In this document: positions 27,585 to 43,316 of the stretch, piece by piece
Numbering within the stretch: position 1 is the stretch's first letter
How the letters are laid out: each line of letters begins with the position of its first letter
Source: Eledone cirrhosa
Taxonomy: Eukaryota
Direction of reading: 5' to 3'
Assembly: GCA_964016885.1 (NCBI GenBank)
Contig: OZ024751.1
Coordinates: 51,212,001-51,276,000, forward strand
DNA: 64,000 nucleotides
The notes under the pieces: model-generated
What the model was told of the DNA's origin: nothing
The model's input: the letters and a program-made list of their open reading frames with translations, nothing else
Databases searched by the model: none
Made by a program: the position numbers and the translations under genes

Positions 27585-28135
27585 TGTGCATTTATTTATG
27601 TCTGTCTGTCAGTGTATGATATATGTATACAAAGTTTGTATACATACATGTATGTTTGTAATAAACATACATACACAGATAAACAGTCATATTTCAATAA
27701 AATATCTTTCAGCATTTGAAAAGAATTAAGCAACAAAATTTCAACATCAAAATCTAAAAGCCATTTGCCAAAACTTGGCACTCACTTCCAAAAAATAACG
27801 TTTTTCAGAGAAAAAATTTGAAGGATGTGAATTTGTCTTTCTTTGAAGAATATGTTTCAATGAATTCTTCATAATTTTTGTGTGTTGTTTTTCTCCTTTA
27901 AGCATTAAATTAGATTTGGGGTTTTATCATTTACTTTTCATTAACATGGAAGAGACATAACTCAAAACTGATAGCAAATACATCACAGAATAGTTTTTCA
28001 TATGCATCAAAATAGCACATCAAAAATATCTACTATATAGGCCAGCAAACAGATTTTACACACAAACACACACATATATATACATACGCATATTTATGCA
28101 TATATACATATTTATTCGTATATACATATTTATTC

Positions 28136-28266
<131 letters not shown>

Positions 28267-29276
28267 TGAGGGCTGCAACTCGAGTAAAGCTACCACTTAG
28301 TACTTAAGCATGAGCAACATGGATGTTGCTTTTTAGTTCTGTTAAGGACTCACAGTAGCAGGATGGTGACCAGGCCCAGACTTCAGTGCCCTGGGACACC
28401 TGCCAAGGCTAGATCCTCTCATTAATTGTTCCAAAGTCCAAAGGCTAGCCATGCCATGCAATGCAAAAGATGTTAGATATCAAGCGATGTCTGTGCTTGA
28501 AGCTTTATTAAGTAAGGAAAGGCTTTGCTCAGAGCCAATCCCACTCTTTGAACACTGAATGCATTTGCCCCAAAAGAAGAACTGGTCTACATCATTGGAT
28601 GCAAACAATGTTGTATGTTTTGTATAAGAGTGACCTTCTAGAGAACTGGCTACAGCCAGTTTGAACAGAAAGGTGAGAGAATTCTGGCCAGATATGGCTG
28701 GTTTAAATATTAAATGGTTAATTATATTAGCTCTACCATCTGGTTTTCATGTAGAACTAGATGATGTCCTTCTAGGAATCTCTCCCTATGTCTTATAGAT
28801 AAGATAAATTATACATAACCAGCTCAACTGAATGATTTAAATGAAAGCCAGGATTGATACAGCATTTCAAGAGGGATTTAGCAGGTTGTATGTCACAACA
28901 AGTAAACTAATTACATATAACAAATCCTTCCTTGAGAAAAAAATAACAAAAATAATTACAACAACTACTACTACTGTTGATACATACAAGAACAATGACA
29001 ACATCATGCATATTGTAGTCTACATTACAAATAGGGTTGTTATTTTTTTTTTAAAGAAATTTCAATTAGAGGAGAAATATAATTGTTATTCACCTGGGAT
29101 TTGTTCTGGGGTTCGTGTGAAGAATTTGGTAAAAAGAGAGAAAAGGAGAGAAAAAGAAAGTCAAGCAAAGTGAATAAATAGAGTACAGAGAAGCAGAGGT
29201 GAGGGTATGTGAGAGAAAGAGAAAAGAAGAGATAGTGAAAGAAAGAATTAAATACAGAAAGACGGAAGAACTGGAG

Positions 29277-29279
<3 letters not shown>

Positions 29280-29360
<81 letters not shown>

Positions 29361-29400
29361 AGCAGAGAGAGAAAGAGAGAGAGAGAGAGAGAAGCAGAGA
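29280..29400. repeat. (GA)n microsatellite
   Basis: Direct inspection. Confidence 0.95.
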
Positions 29401-29707
29401 GGAGAAAAAGAGAAAGTTAAAAAATTTGATTGAATTAGCAACTGTTGCAAAAGATATTTATTTCAAAGTAAAGAAAATGAACAAACAAGGAAGATTTTTG
29501 TGAAATTCTTAACCTCATCTTTCTCAGCATTTGGATAATGTATTAACATTAAAGACAACAACAACAACAAAAATAACAATTTAATACTGAAGATATATCG
29601 ATTTCTTTTGATAAACAACAAACCTAATTATCATTTTTTTTTTTTTTATAAAAGAAAGCTGTGTTTGATTGGAATTAAACTTCACTCTGTATATTACTGG
29701 TACTATT

Positions 29708-29895
29708 AGTGTGGAGTGGAGCCTGAAGTTGAATGGAAAGTGAAGTGGAGTGGAGCCTGGAGTGGAGTTGCGAAATGGAGTGGAGTGGACTCTGGAGTTG
29801 CAGAATGGAGTGTAGAGTAGTATGGAATGGAGAGTGGAGCCTGAAGAGAAGAATCTGGAGCAGAGTGGTGGAGTGGAGGGGAGTGGAATGGGATG
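29708..29895. repeat. Degenerate (GGAGT)n pentamer repeat
   Basis: Direct inspection. Confidence 0.85.
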
Positions 29896-29930
29896 AAGTC
29901 AACTTCTGGTACAATTTTCTGTCAGTATTC

Positions 29931-30138
29931 AGAATGGTAGATTAGCAGAATTGCCAGAACATTAGACAACAAAATGTTTTGCAGCATTTAGTTACAGCCC
30001 TTTACATTCTGAGGTTAATTTTATTTTCATCTTTCTAGGGTCAATAAAATAAAGTACCAGTCACATACTGAGGTCGATGAAATCGACTTTCCTCTCTTCA
30101 CAATTTGTTAGCCTTGTGCCTAAATTGGAAATAAATAT
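29931..30138 (+). mobile_element. Diverged SINE family A
   Basis: GGGTCAATAAAATAAAGTACCAG..GCCTTGTGCC. Confidence 0.75.
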
Positions 30139-30959
30139 TCAAAATGGTGGATTGATAGAATTGGTAAAGTTACAACTCTTCATTATGTTTTGGTGAAGTA
30201 AAAATAAAATACCAGCCAAAAATCTTTATCAACAATCCAAAATAAAATATCAATACTGATAGCTATTAATATAGAAGATTTTATTATTGCAAATATATAA
30301 AAACCATAAATACATTAACTCAGAAGGAACTCAATACATGCAGTAGAGTTTAAAATGTAACACTCTTTCTCCCTCCCTCCACACACTTTTACCAGCTTCT
30401 TTTCAGCATAGCAGATTTTTACACCACAGATACACCAGCTTTAATATAATTCATAATAAAACAAGATCAAGTTATTGTACTTAAGCACAATTAACTGTGG
30501 AAGGAAATAAAGGATATAATTGAAATTTTTAACATAATGAAATAAATTTCTGAGTTATACTTTAAACACACTTAACTATGGAAGGAAATCAAAAACATAA
30601 TTGAGATTTTTAACATAATGAAATGATGTAATGATCATCGATAAATGTATGTATCAAAACAGAAATAAGCACATATGTACAGGCAGCCCCCTGTAAAGAC
30701 CAGTATGGTTGAATATGACTGCTAAAAAAAAAAGAAAAGTACTTACACAATTCATATAAGTAAATATTTCAAAACAAACATATTAAACACCTTGGAAAAT
30801 ATCTCGGAAGCAGAATTATACACTATCCATTAATGTCAATCATAGAGCTTAAATGAAATGATCAGCCAAATTTATATGACATGCATTCGTTTGACAAAAT
30901 AATTAATGATATTAATGTATAACAGCATGTATTAGACAATCTAAGTTAAATTTAATGTA

Positions 30960-31680
30960 AATATAGCTAGATGTTTCCATATGTCTAGGTCACTCTGATG
31001 TTTAGGGTAGGCCCCCACTTCCTAATAAAATGTACTTCAGCTATTTGTAGGCCTATTGTGTTTCTTTGCTCCAGAAGTATTTTTGTGGTTATGCTCCTTC
31101 CACAAATTTCTCTATATTAAAACATTGCTTGGAGGCATCGCTTTTTAAAAATGTTCTTGAATTATGTTATATAGTTGGCATGGAACCCAAGTAGGTGGCT
31201 GTGCATGTACAGTTAAACCCATGCACTACATGGTCTCTCAAGTATATTGGTTTTGTGGTGTTGTTAATTCCTCCAGTAGTTTATTCTCTGACAGGTCCTT
31301 GTATGCCTTGTTATTCACACTGGGAGACCTGAACTTTTATACAGATTCTCACACAATTTTCTGTCTGTTCCCCTTGGCATGCCAAATCAATGTAGACTCA
31401 GATTTTATCTTCGTTCTCTCATTTCTTTCTTCTTGTTGGTGGTGTTGTGTCTTTCATCATTGTTGTTTGTCTGGAAGTGGTTGCAGTTGCTATTAGAACT
31501 AAGGGTGGTGGTTGGTGTTGTTGTTGTGTGGTGTCTGTGACAGAGTTTGTGTTTATGTTCTCCTCAAACTCATGACAACACTTTTTACAAAACGTTGTCC
31601 ATAGCATCTCTTTAGCAGCAGTTTCTAAAAGTTGCTTAGCACAGATCTAGCTTGGGTAGACTCCTTGTATCTGACCATGC
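30960..31680 (-). pseudogene. Old, decayed PLE GIY-YIG coding remnant
   Basis: Minus frame KPIYLRDHVVHGFNCTCTATYLGS resembles the VVY-x-F-x-C-x-C-x3-YIG motif; many stops and frameshifts. Confidence 0.5.
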
Positions 31681-31957
31681 AGTGTAGATATAGATATATA
31701 TGTTGAAAGACTAATGTGAGAAACGTTAAGACATTTTTCCTATTATTTAAAGTGTTAAACTAATATATTTCTTCAAGATACTGTGTCGTTTGCTTTACTA
31801 TTTCTGTTTACTTTTTACATACATACATATAAATATAGATATATGCACATAAATACACATCTATACACACATATATATACATATATATATACACATATAT
31901 CATCATTTTATGTCTGTTGTTTCACGCTTGCATGGGTTGGACATACATATACATTTG

Positions 31958-32012
<55 letters not shown>

Positions 32013-33354
32013 TATATATATATGTATATATATACACATATCTATATATATATATGTATATATATACACATATCTATATATATAAATATATTTATATATA
32101 TAAATACATAAATATATATATGTATATATATATATATAAATATATATATATATACATATATATATTTTATGTTATATATGTATATATATTATATATATAT
32201 ACATATATTTTATATTATATATATACATATATTTTATGTTATATATGTATATATATTATATATATATATATATTAGGTATGTGTATATATATATGTATAT
32301 ATGTATGTATATATATATGTGTGTGTGTATATAATTATTTTTCAATGTCTTTTTACAGCTCTTACATTGTTTTATTTTGTTTGTTGCACTTTTATTAAAG
32401 ACTGCCACCAGATATTAATTTGTGATTAACGGTCGGCTAACTTGGTTCTGCCTAATTAGTCTATCATTGAATTGTAGAAATCACTTCCTTCATTTCGTTC
32501 ACCCTTCTCCTCTGCTTATCATCATCATCATCATCATCATGAAGATTCTTTGTCGCCATTTTCGTGGTGCCGTTATATGAAATCAACTTTAATTTCATTA
32601 TAACTGTCTATCTAGTTTTGTGTACTTCATATTATACGTATGTGCCATTTAAATAAATAATAAGGTAAATAATATCAAAAGAGTAGAAATCCCACCCCCC
32701 CAACCACATTCCTTCCTTTACCGTTAACACCTCGAACTCACATCATATCACACATAAGAAATGAAACAATTTCAAAGGAACTAATGAAGTTAACGAGACC
32801 AAAGATTAAATAGCATTAAGGATTTTAATTAGCCTTTTTTTGTAAGTGTATATATATATATATATACATACATACATATATACAAATATTTCTATATATA
32901 CATATATGCATGCATATTATATATATATATGTATATATACACACATATATGCTCATACACATATATATGTATGTGTATATATATATATACATACACACAC
33001 ATATATATGTATGTGTATATATACATACACACACATATATATATTTGGATCAAGCTTCAAGAACAATCTACAATCAACTTTGAAATAATTTTTTTTACAC
33101 AGTTGTTTAAACTTCAGTAACTGTAACTGGCCAATAATTAATTTAAAGTTATTGGAAACTCCAAAAATGGAACAGTATTATGAAAAGACAAATTTATGAT
33201 ATAAAGAATAATTTAAACCCCCCCCACCAAAAAAAAAAAATCAATTCAGCCTTTTCTTTCACCATTAATAAAAACCATACAAAAAAATTTTGTTATTGAA
33301 AATATTTTTCTGTCAATATAATTGGTTGATGCCTACTGGGTGACATTATATATA

Positions 33355-33545
33355 AGGGTGGTGGATTGGCAGTATCAGTAGAGGGTCGGACGCCATGCTT
33401 TCCAGCATAGTTACGTCCCTTTACGATCTGAGTTCAAATCCCGCCGAGGTTGACTTTGCCTTTCATCCTTACGGGGTCGATAAAATAAAGTACCAGTAAT
33501 GCACTGGGTAATTGCTGGCCTTGCGCCTAAAGTAGAAACAATTAT
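33355..33545 (+). mobile_element. SINE family A
   Basis: Intact A and B boxes and central domain. Confidence 0.9.
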
Positions 33546-33694
33546 ATATATATGTGTGTGTCTGATGGTAGCTAAGATGCTTCCATAGGCAGTATGCCGG
33601 TTGAGCACTCTATGCTCTTACAGAGCAGAGTATGATAGAAAAGAAAACGAAAAATCAGTGATGCATCTGAACTCAATTTATTGTGCGTTACAAT

Positions 33695-33990
33695 TGCTTC
33701 GGCGGCGGATGAAGAACTCAGAGCTGTATGGTAGCCGCCCAAAAGTCAGTTTGAAAGTGACACAGAGGAGACTGAACTTAGCTGGACATGCTCACCGACA
33801 TCCAGAGTTGACACTGCACTCAGTGCTCCTGTGGGAGCCCCTGCATGGACATACTGGAAGAGGAAGACCGAGGTTAACATATGTTGATGCCCTAAAGACA
33901 GACACTGGTCTGTTGGAGACGCAGGAATGGCAGCAATAATGAGGGACAGAGAACTCGTCCATGGATCTCGGGAATTTTACCCGCCCTAGA
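33695..33990 (+). mobile_element. RTE-like LINE 3' fragment
   Basis: QRRLNLAGHAHRH..LLWEP..GRGRPRLTYVD; ends TTTTACCCGCCCTAGA next to (TA)n. Confidence 0.85.
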
Positions 33991-33991
33991 C

Positions 33992-34022
<31 letters not shown>

Positions 34023-34044
34023 CATATATACATATATATATATA

Positions 34045-34255
34045 GGGTGGTGGATTAACAGTATTGGTAGAGAGTTGGACACCATGCTTTGTAGCATAGA
34101 GTTATGGACTATTACATTCTGAGATCAAATCCCGCTTTGCATTTCATCCTTACGGGGTCGATAAAATAAAACACCAGTAATACACTGGGGTTGATTTAAT
34201 CGACTTTCCCGTCTCCTTCAAATTGCTGGCCTTGTGCCTAATGTAGAAACAATTA
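34045..34255 (+). mobile_element. SINE family A
   Basis: Central domain match. Confidence 0.85.
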
Positions 34256-34675
34256 TATAATATATATATCATCTGTATCCAGTGTGAATAAGCAAACTAT
34301 ATCCCTGAATGTTGTAAGAAGCAACTTTTAGGGTCAAGAAGGCCATATGGCTGTAAAACATTGCCTCAAAATGACCCATCTAACCCATGCCAACATAGAA
34401 AAGTCAACACTGAAAGGATTATGATGATGATAATGATGAAGTTCAAATCTATCCAAGGTCAGCTTTGCCTTGCAAAAATTGTACCAGTCAAGTACTGGGG
34501 GTCGATTCTTCCTTAATGTTTCTTTCTCACTTCTTTTCTCTCACTCACTCTATCCTTCTCTGGAAGAAAGCTGTTGTATTCAGGCCTGGAGAGGAGATGG
34601 GCTCCAGCTGGTTTAAAAAATGACCTAGAAACGCTGTATGTCAATAGGGCACCCCTACGATTCTTCAGAAGTTAT

Positions 34676-35112
34676 GGGCACATGGCTTAGTGGTTAGAGC
34701 ATTGGCCTTGCAATCGAAAGGTTATGAGTTCAATTCTCGGACCGGGTGATGTGTTGTTTCCTTGAGCAAGACACTTTATTTCACATTGCTCCAGTTTACT
34801 CAGCTGTAGAAATGAGATGATAGGACTGGGGTCCATACCATTCCACTGTAAAGTGGTTGTGGAGGTACCACGGCAAAAAAGCACCCAGCCCACACTGTAA
34901 AGTGGTCGTGGAGGTGCCACGGCAAAAAAAGCACCCAGCACTCACTGTAAATGAGGTTGGTGTTAGGAAGGGCATCCAGCTGTAGAAATCAAGCCAGAAT
35001 CAGTTCCCGTATGAGAAAGACAAGGTCAGCCGACTGAACACTGCCCACAACAGGACAACCCGTCTAACCCATGCTAGCGTGGAAGAACGGACATAAAACG
35101 GTGATGATGATT
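34676..35112 (+). mobile_element. Composite SINE: family B head plus RTE-type tail
   Basis: tRNA head, CORE-like box, CACTGTAAAGTGG subrepeats, (GAT)n end. Confidence 0.85.
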
Positions 35113-35397
35113 CAATGAACTTATAACATGAAGTTCACATGAATATATGTCACTATCTTTACACCAATTATTGCATTTTATCTCACGAAATTGTACTTAA
35201 ATATTAGTACCCTTGAAATACGTATAATAAAATAAATATGGTTTTATAAAGATATTTTCCATTTATTAATATTATTGATATTATAGATATATATATATAA
35301 TATATATAGATATATATATTCTCATCTCGGGAACAATTTTGAATAGCGCCAGTTCGTAATTCGAACTCGGAAATTTTATATTCTCCGAGTGAAAAGA

Positions 35398-35483
35398 ACC
35401 TTCTGACGAGAGTCTTTCTTTTCGATGGAGGCCCGTAAGGACTCTCCATTTATTTTTGAGACTCGAAACCGTACGGTAAAGGT
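35398..35483 (+). ncRNA. Canonical-core type I hammerhead in a 230-bp insert between TA tracts (about 35320-35552)
   Basis: ACCTT-CTGACGA-GAGTCT...AGACTC-GAAA-CCGTACGG-TA-AAGGT. Confidence 0.9.
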
Positions 35484-35550
35484 AACCATAGCAGGTAAAG
35501 TGAATTTTTAAAAATTTATTTTAAAACTTTTTCTTATTTGCTAAACCTTG

Positions 35551-35601
<51 letters not shown>

Positions 35602-35604
35602 ATA

Positions 35605-36020
35605 TAATTGTATCTACTATTGACACAAGGCCAGCAATTACCCAGTGTATTACTGGTACTTTATTTTATCGACTCCGTAAGGATGAAAGGCAAAGTTAAC
35701 CTCGGCGGAATTCGAACTCAGAATGGCAATGGCCGTAACTCTATGCGTCCGACCCTCTACCGATACTGCCAATCCTCTGCCCTCTATAATATAATATAGG
35801 TTTGCAGCTATACCAATGATGCACAACATGAAGCAAAATACTATGCAGCAATTATTTCTAGTCTTTACATTCTGAGTTCAAATCCTGCTGACATCAACTT
35901 TGCCTTTCATCTCTTCGAGGCTGATAAAATAAAGCCCCAGTAATGGCCCAGAGTCGATTTAATTGACTTTCCTCTTCCCTTCAAATTACTGGCCTTGTGC
36001 CAAAAGTAGAAGCGATTATT
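35605..36020. mobile_element. Two SINE family A copies, head to head (35605-35785 minus; 35797-36020 plus)
   Basis: Central domain present on each strand. Confidence 0.8.
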
Positions 36021-36305
36021 ATTATCAACATCGTTATTAACATAATTATTTCAAACTTTCACAAGTTTTATAATCAAATAATTAAACAGATACAGATCTC
36101 ATACTTAACAGAAAGAAGAAGAAATGGAATAAAATATAATAAACAACAAAAACATTGATTTAATCTTCAATGTTTCTTAATTAATTTACAAATGTGATTT
36201 TGGAATATTAGCTGAAATAATATATATGTCTGTGTGTGTGTGTGGGAGGGGGGGGGATATATATACTTAATAATGTTCAACCTTATTAAGACAGGACATA
36301 CAAGT

Positions 36306-36459
<154 letters not shown>

Positions 36460-36462
36460 CAT

Positions 36463-36900
36463 GGAGGCACATGGCTTAGTGGTTAGAGCATTGGCCTTGC
36501 AATCGAAAGGTTGTGAGTTCAATTCTCAGACCGGGTAATGTGTTGTTTCCTTGAGCAAGACACTTTATTTCACATTGCTCCAGTTCACTCAGCAGTAGAA
36601 ATGAGATGATAGGGACCCCTAACACCAACCTCATTTAAGTGAGTGCTGGGGCTTTTTTTCCGTGGCGCCTACACGTCCACTTTACAGTGTGGGCCGGGTG
36701 CCCCCCTGCCGTGGTACCCCCACAACCACTCTACAGTGGAATGTAAAGTGGACGTGTAGGCGCCACGGAAAAAAAGCCCCTGTAAAAAACTCACTGTAAA
36801 TGAGGTTGGTGTTAGGAAGGGCATCCAGCTGTAGAAATCAAGCCACAATCAGTTCCCGTCCCACCCTTGCAAGCAGGGAAAAGCGGACGTAAAGTGAAAT
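36463..36900 (+). mobile_element. Composite SINE family B with an internally inverted segment (about 36619-36740)
   Basis: CCTAACACCAACCTCATTT at 36618 is inverted relative to AAATGAGGTTGGTGTTAGG at 36798. Confidence 0.8.
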
Positions 36901-37525
36901 GAAGGAATGAATATACATACATATATATATATGCATATTTGTATATATTATATATATATATATATATGTGTGTGTTATATATGTGTGTGTTATATATGTG
37001 TGTGTGTAATAATAGGTAGATTCCTCAGAGAACCTGAAAAGGGTCCTGGGCACTATCCTTCATTCCTTGACTGAACAGTAAAACAAACACACGCATATAC
37101 ATGAATGCACACACATATATATATATAAATATATATATTACTATAGATATGTGCCTGTACATGCATTGGTGTGTGTATGTATATGTATGCATATATGTAT
37201 ATATATATACTACTATAGATATATATGTGCCTGTACATGCCTTGGTGTATGTATATATATATATATTTATATTATATTATACTAATACACTGTAGATTAT
37301 CTATGTGATTTTTGCAAAATACTGAAGATGGAAATGGCAAGAACAAAAAACAACATAACTGGCTACTGAAGAAATTGGATAAATGGAAAATATAATTGTT
37401 TTCTGGTTAGTTGAAGATTTGGTGATGGAATGATGGAATTATATGGAATACTCCATAAGAAAACTGAGATTATTTTGACATTTCAGGCTTCTTGACTGAC
37501 TTTTCTGTAAATTGGTTTATACAAA

Positions 37526-37630
37526 TAATTGTTTCTACTTTTGGCACAAAGCCAGCAATTACCCAGTGCATTGCTGGTACTTTATTTTATCCACCCCAAA
37601 AGGATGAAAGGCAAAGTTAACCTTGGCGGT
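37526..37630 (-). mobile_element. SINE family A, 3' half
   Basis: Central domain; truncated at the TA tract/LINE insertion. Confidence 0.75.
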
Positions 37631-37636
37631 ATGTCA

Positions 37637-37673
<37 letters not shown>

Positions 37674-37674
37674 A

Positions 37675-38153
37675 TCTAAGGCGGGTAAAATTCCCAAGAT
37701 CCATGGACGAGTTCTCTCCAGCGGTCTCTGTCCCTCATTATCGCTGCCATGTCCTGCATCTCCAACAGACCAGTGTCTGTCCTTAGGGCATCAACATACG
37801 TTAACCTTGGTCTTCCTCTTCTAGTGTGTCCATGTAGTGGCTCCCAAAGGAGCACTGCGTGCAATGTCAACTCTGGATGTCGGTGAGCATGTCCAGCTAA
37901 CCTCAGTCTCCTCTGCGTCACTTTTGAGCTGACTTTTGGGATGCTCCCATACAGCTCAGAGCAGGAGAGTTAGGGCGAAAAAGGTATCGGATGCTGAATT
38001 TGCCGACGACATAGTTTTGGTGACAAATACAGTGAAGGAGGCAGAGGATTTGATGCGGGAGGTTGAGAATGTGTCGATGAGTGTGGGGCTGAGAATGAAT
38101 GAGACTAAAACAAAATATCTGGTAGAGAATGTTGAGAAGCCAGAGGGGATCAC
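37675..38153. mobile_element. RTE-like LINE with 5' inversion (3' end on minus 37675-37953; RT segment on plus 37954-38153)
   Basis: Minus: QRRLRLAGH..RGRPRLTYVD; plus: SDAEFADDIVL..VGLRMNETKTK. Confidence 0.85.
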
Positions 38154-38672
38154 TAATATATTAAAATACTTGCTTATATTTCTTTATATTCTCTATATAT
38201 TTTTTTAATATATATATTTTTTATCTTTATTCTTATTTTCACTTTTATCCTCCTTTATATTTTACCTTATTCTTACTTTTATACCTTATTATAGTGTAAT
38301 CTTCCCCATGCCTTATTATACATTATTAATTATAGATTATTATTATTACTCTCTTTCCATTTCTAATTACCTCATGTACTTTCTCCTCCGTTATATATAT
38401 ATATATATATATATATTGTATGCCCTTTGTGTGTGTGTAGCCTCTGCACACCCTCTGCACTCTACTATCGACGCCACCCCATCTATGGTTCAGCTAACCA
38501 CTCGACTCCCGGGAATGAATATGACCGCAGCTAGTAAACAAGGACCCACACCCCACCCTCCCGCACCAAAATTAGACTTATCGTCCCCTACTTTTGCTCT
38601 TTACTCTCTTTACTCTTTGTTCTTGAATGTTTGGTTGGTAGAGTCCATAACACCAATCAAACCCCTTTTATA

Positions 38673-38717
38673 GCTCTGACGAATCCTACGGTTACGTAAG
38701 GAAGAAACATTGTAAGC
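38673..38717 (+). ncRNA. Hammerhead motif in a pLTR-like insert (about 38440-38763)
   Basis: GCT-CTGACGA-aTCCTACG(GTTA)CGTAAGGAa-GAAA-CATTG-TA-AGC, followed by AATAAA. Confidence 0.7.
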
Positions 38718-38859
38718 CAATAAAAATCTGTTGATGTTGTAGACGCTCTTGTGTTCTTTATCATATATATATATATATATACACACAAATTTATTATGTA
38801 TACGCATAATTGTGTATGTGAATACCTGTATATGAGATGCATATATATGTATGTGCTTA

Positions 38860-42723
<3,864 letters not shown>

Positions 42724-42739
42724 GAAAAAGCATTAAAAG

Positions 42740-43316
42740 TGGACAATTTCACCAACACAACATACGCCAGAACACGTGCCAACACAAACCTTACCATGAA
42801 TCAAAGAAGAACTACGGTAATAACTCTTCGCTTTTTCTACAAAAACACCCTATCGCACACAACATGAACAAAAAGCACAAACACGATAGATATTCCTTTG
42901 ACCAGACCATGAGAAGTAGTAAAACCAGGAGATCATTCTCAAGATCTCAACAGAGACTACCAACAAGGAATGTGGAAACAAAATGTAGAATAACCAGATC
43001 ACTCTCAAGATCTCAACAGAGATTGCCCACAAGAAACTGGGCGAAAAAACGATCTAAACCTGAAAGCAAACCTAGGTCATTTCCCCAGATTGTTAAAAAT
43101 AATGCTAACAGGAAAAATAATATACATAATACCAAAAATAGGACAAAATACATAACGAAACCAAATATAATATCACGACCAAAAGTTCATCAAGCGAACA
43201 CCAACAGGAATATAAATCCTGAACAGAGAAAAATCCATTTTTTAACGTCAGGACAACAAAAACCGGAAAAAGAAAAACTCCAGGAGGAAACATACCCAAA
43301 ACAACTGTACACGTAG
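42740..43316 (+). CDS. PLE upstream ORF1, 5'-truncated, basic and Arg/Ser/Asn-rich
   Basis: Open in both arms; repeated RSxSRSQQRLPTRN motif; overlaps the RT frame. Confidence 0.6.
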
